NCBI RefSeq assembly: GCF_006345805.1
Contig: NW_021829804.1
Span: forward strand, 1 to 5,908
Origin: Octopus sinensis
Taxonomy: Eukaryota
Reading direction: 5' to 3'
DNA: 5,908 nt
Under the pieces are notes generated by a model, which worked only from the letters and a program-made list of their open reading frames with translations, did not search any database and had not been told where the DNA came from. Position numbers and translations under genes: made by a program. Positions 5,891 through 5,908 of this stretch are shown piece by piece. Numbering within the stretch: the first letter of the stretch is position 1; every line of letters starts with the position of its first letter.

Positions 5891-5908
5891 TACGGCTAGG
5901 TAGCAAGC

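Overview
AT-rich (animal) non-coding DNA, saturated with microsatellites and decayed transposon pieces. The repeat families match, from recall, coleoid cephalopod (Octopus-type) repeats; the taxon is an inference. No intact gene is present and every ORF in the supplied track looks like a microsatellite or antisense artefact. Coding remnants missed by the ORF track: a CR1/L2-type LINE 3' end (1641-1907, -), a Tc1-like transposase N-terminus (about 2140-2400, +) and an R4/Dong-like zinc knuckle plus restriction-like endonuclease (5289-5890, +). There are also four tRNA-derived SINE pieces. The most unusual part is 4091-5190: a spacer-less 318-bp palindrome (153/159 pairs, about 87% A+T) lies almost exactly midway between two divergently oriented ~195-bp units, each with a variant minimal hammerhead-ribozyme-like motif of the Penelope-like-element type.
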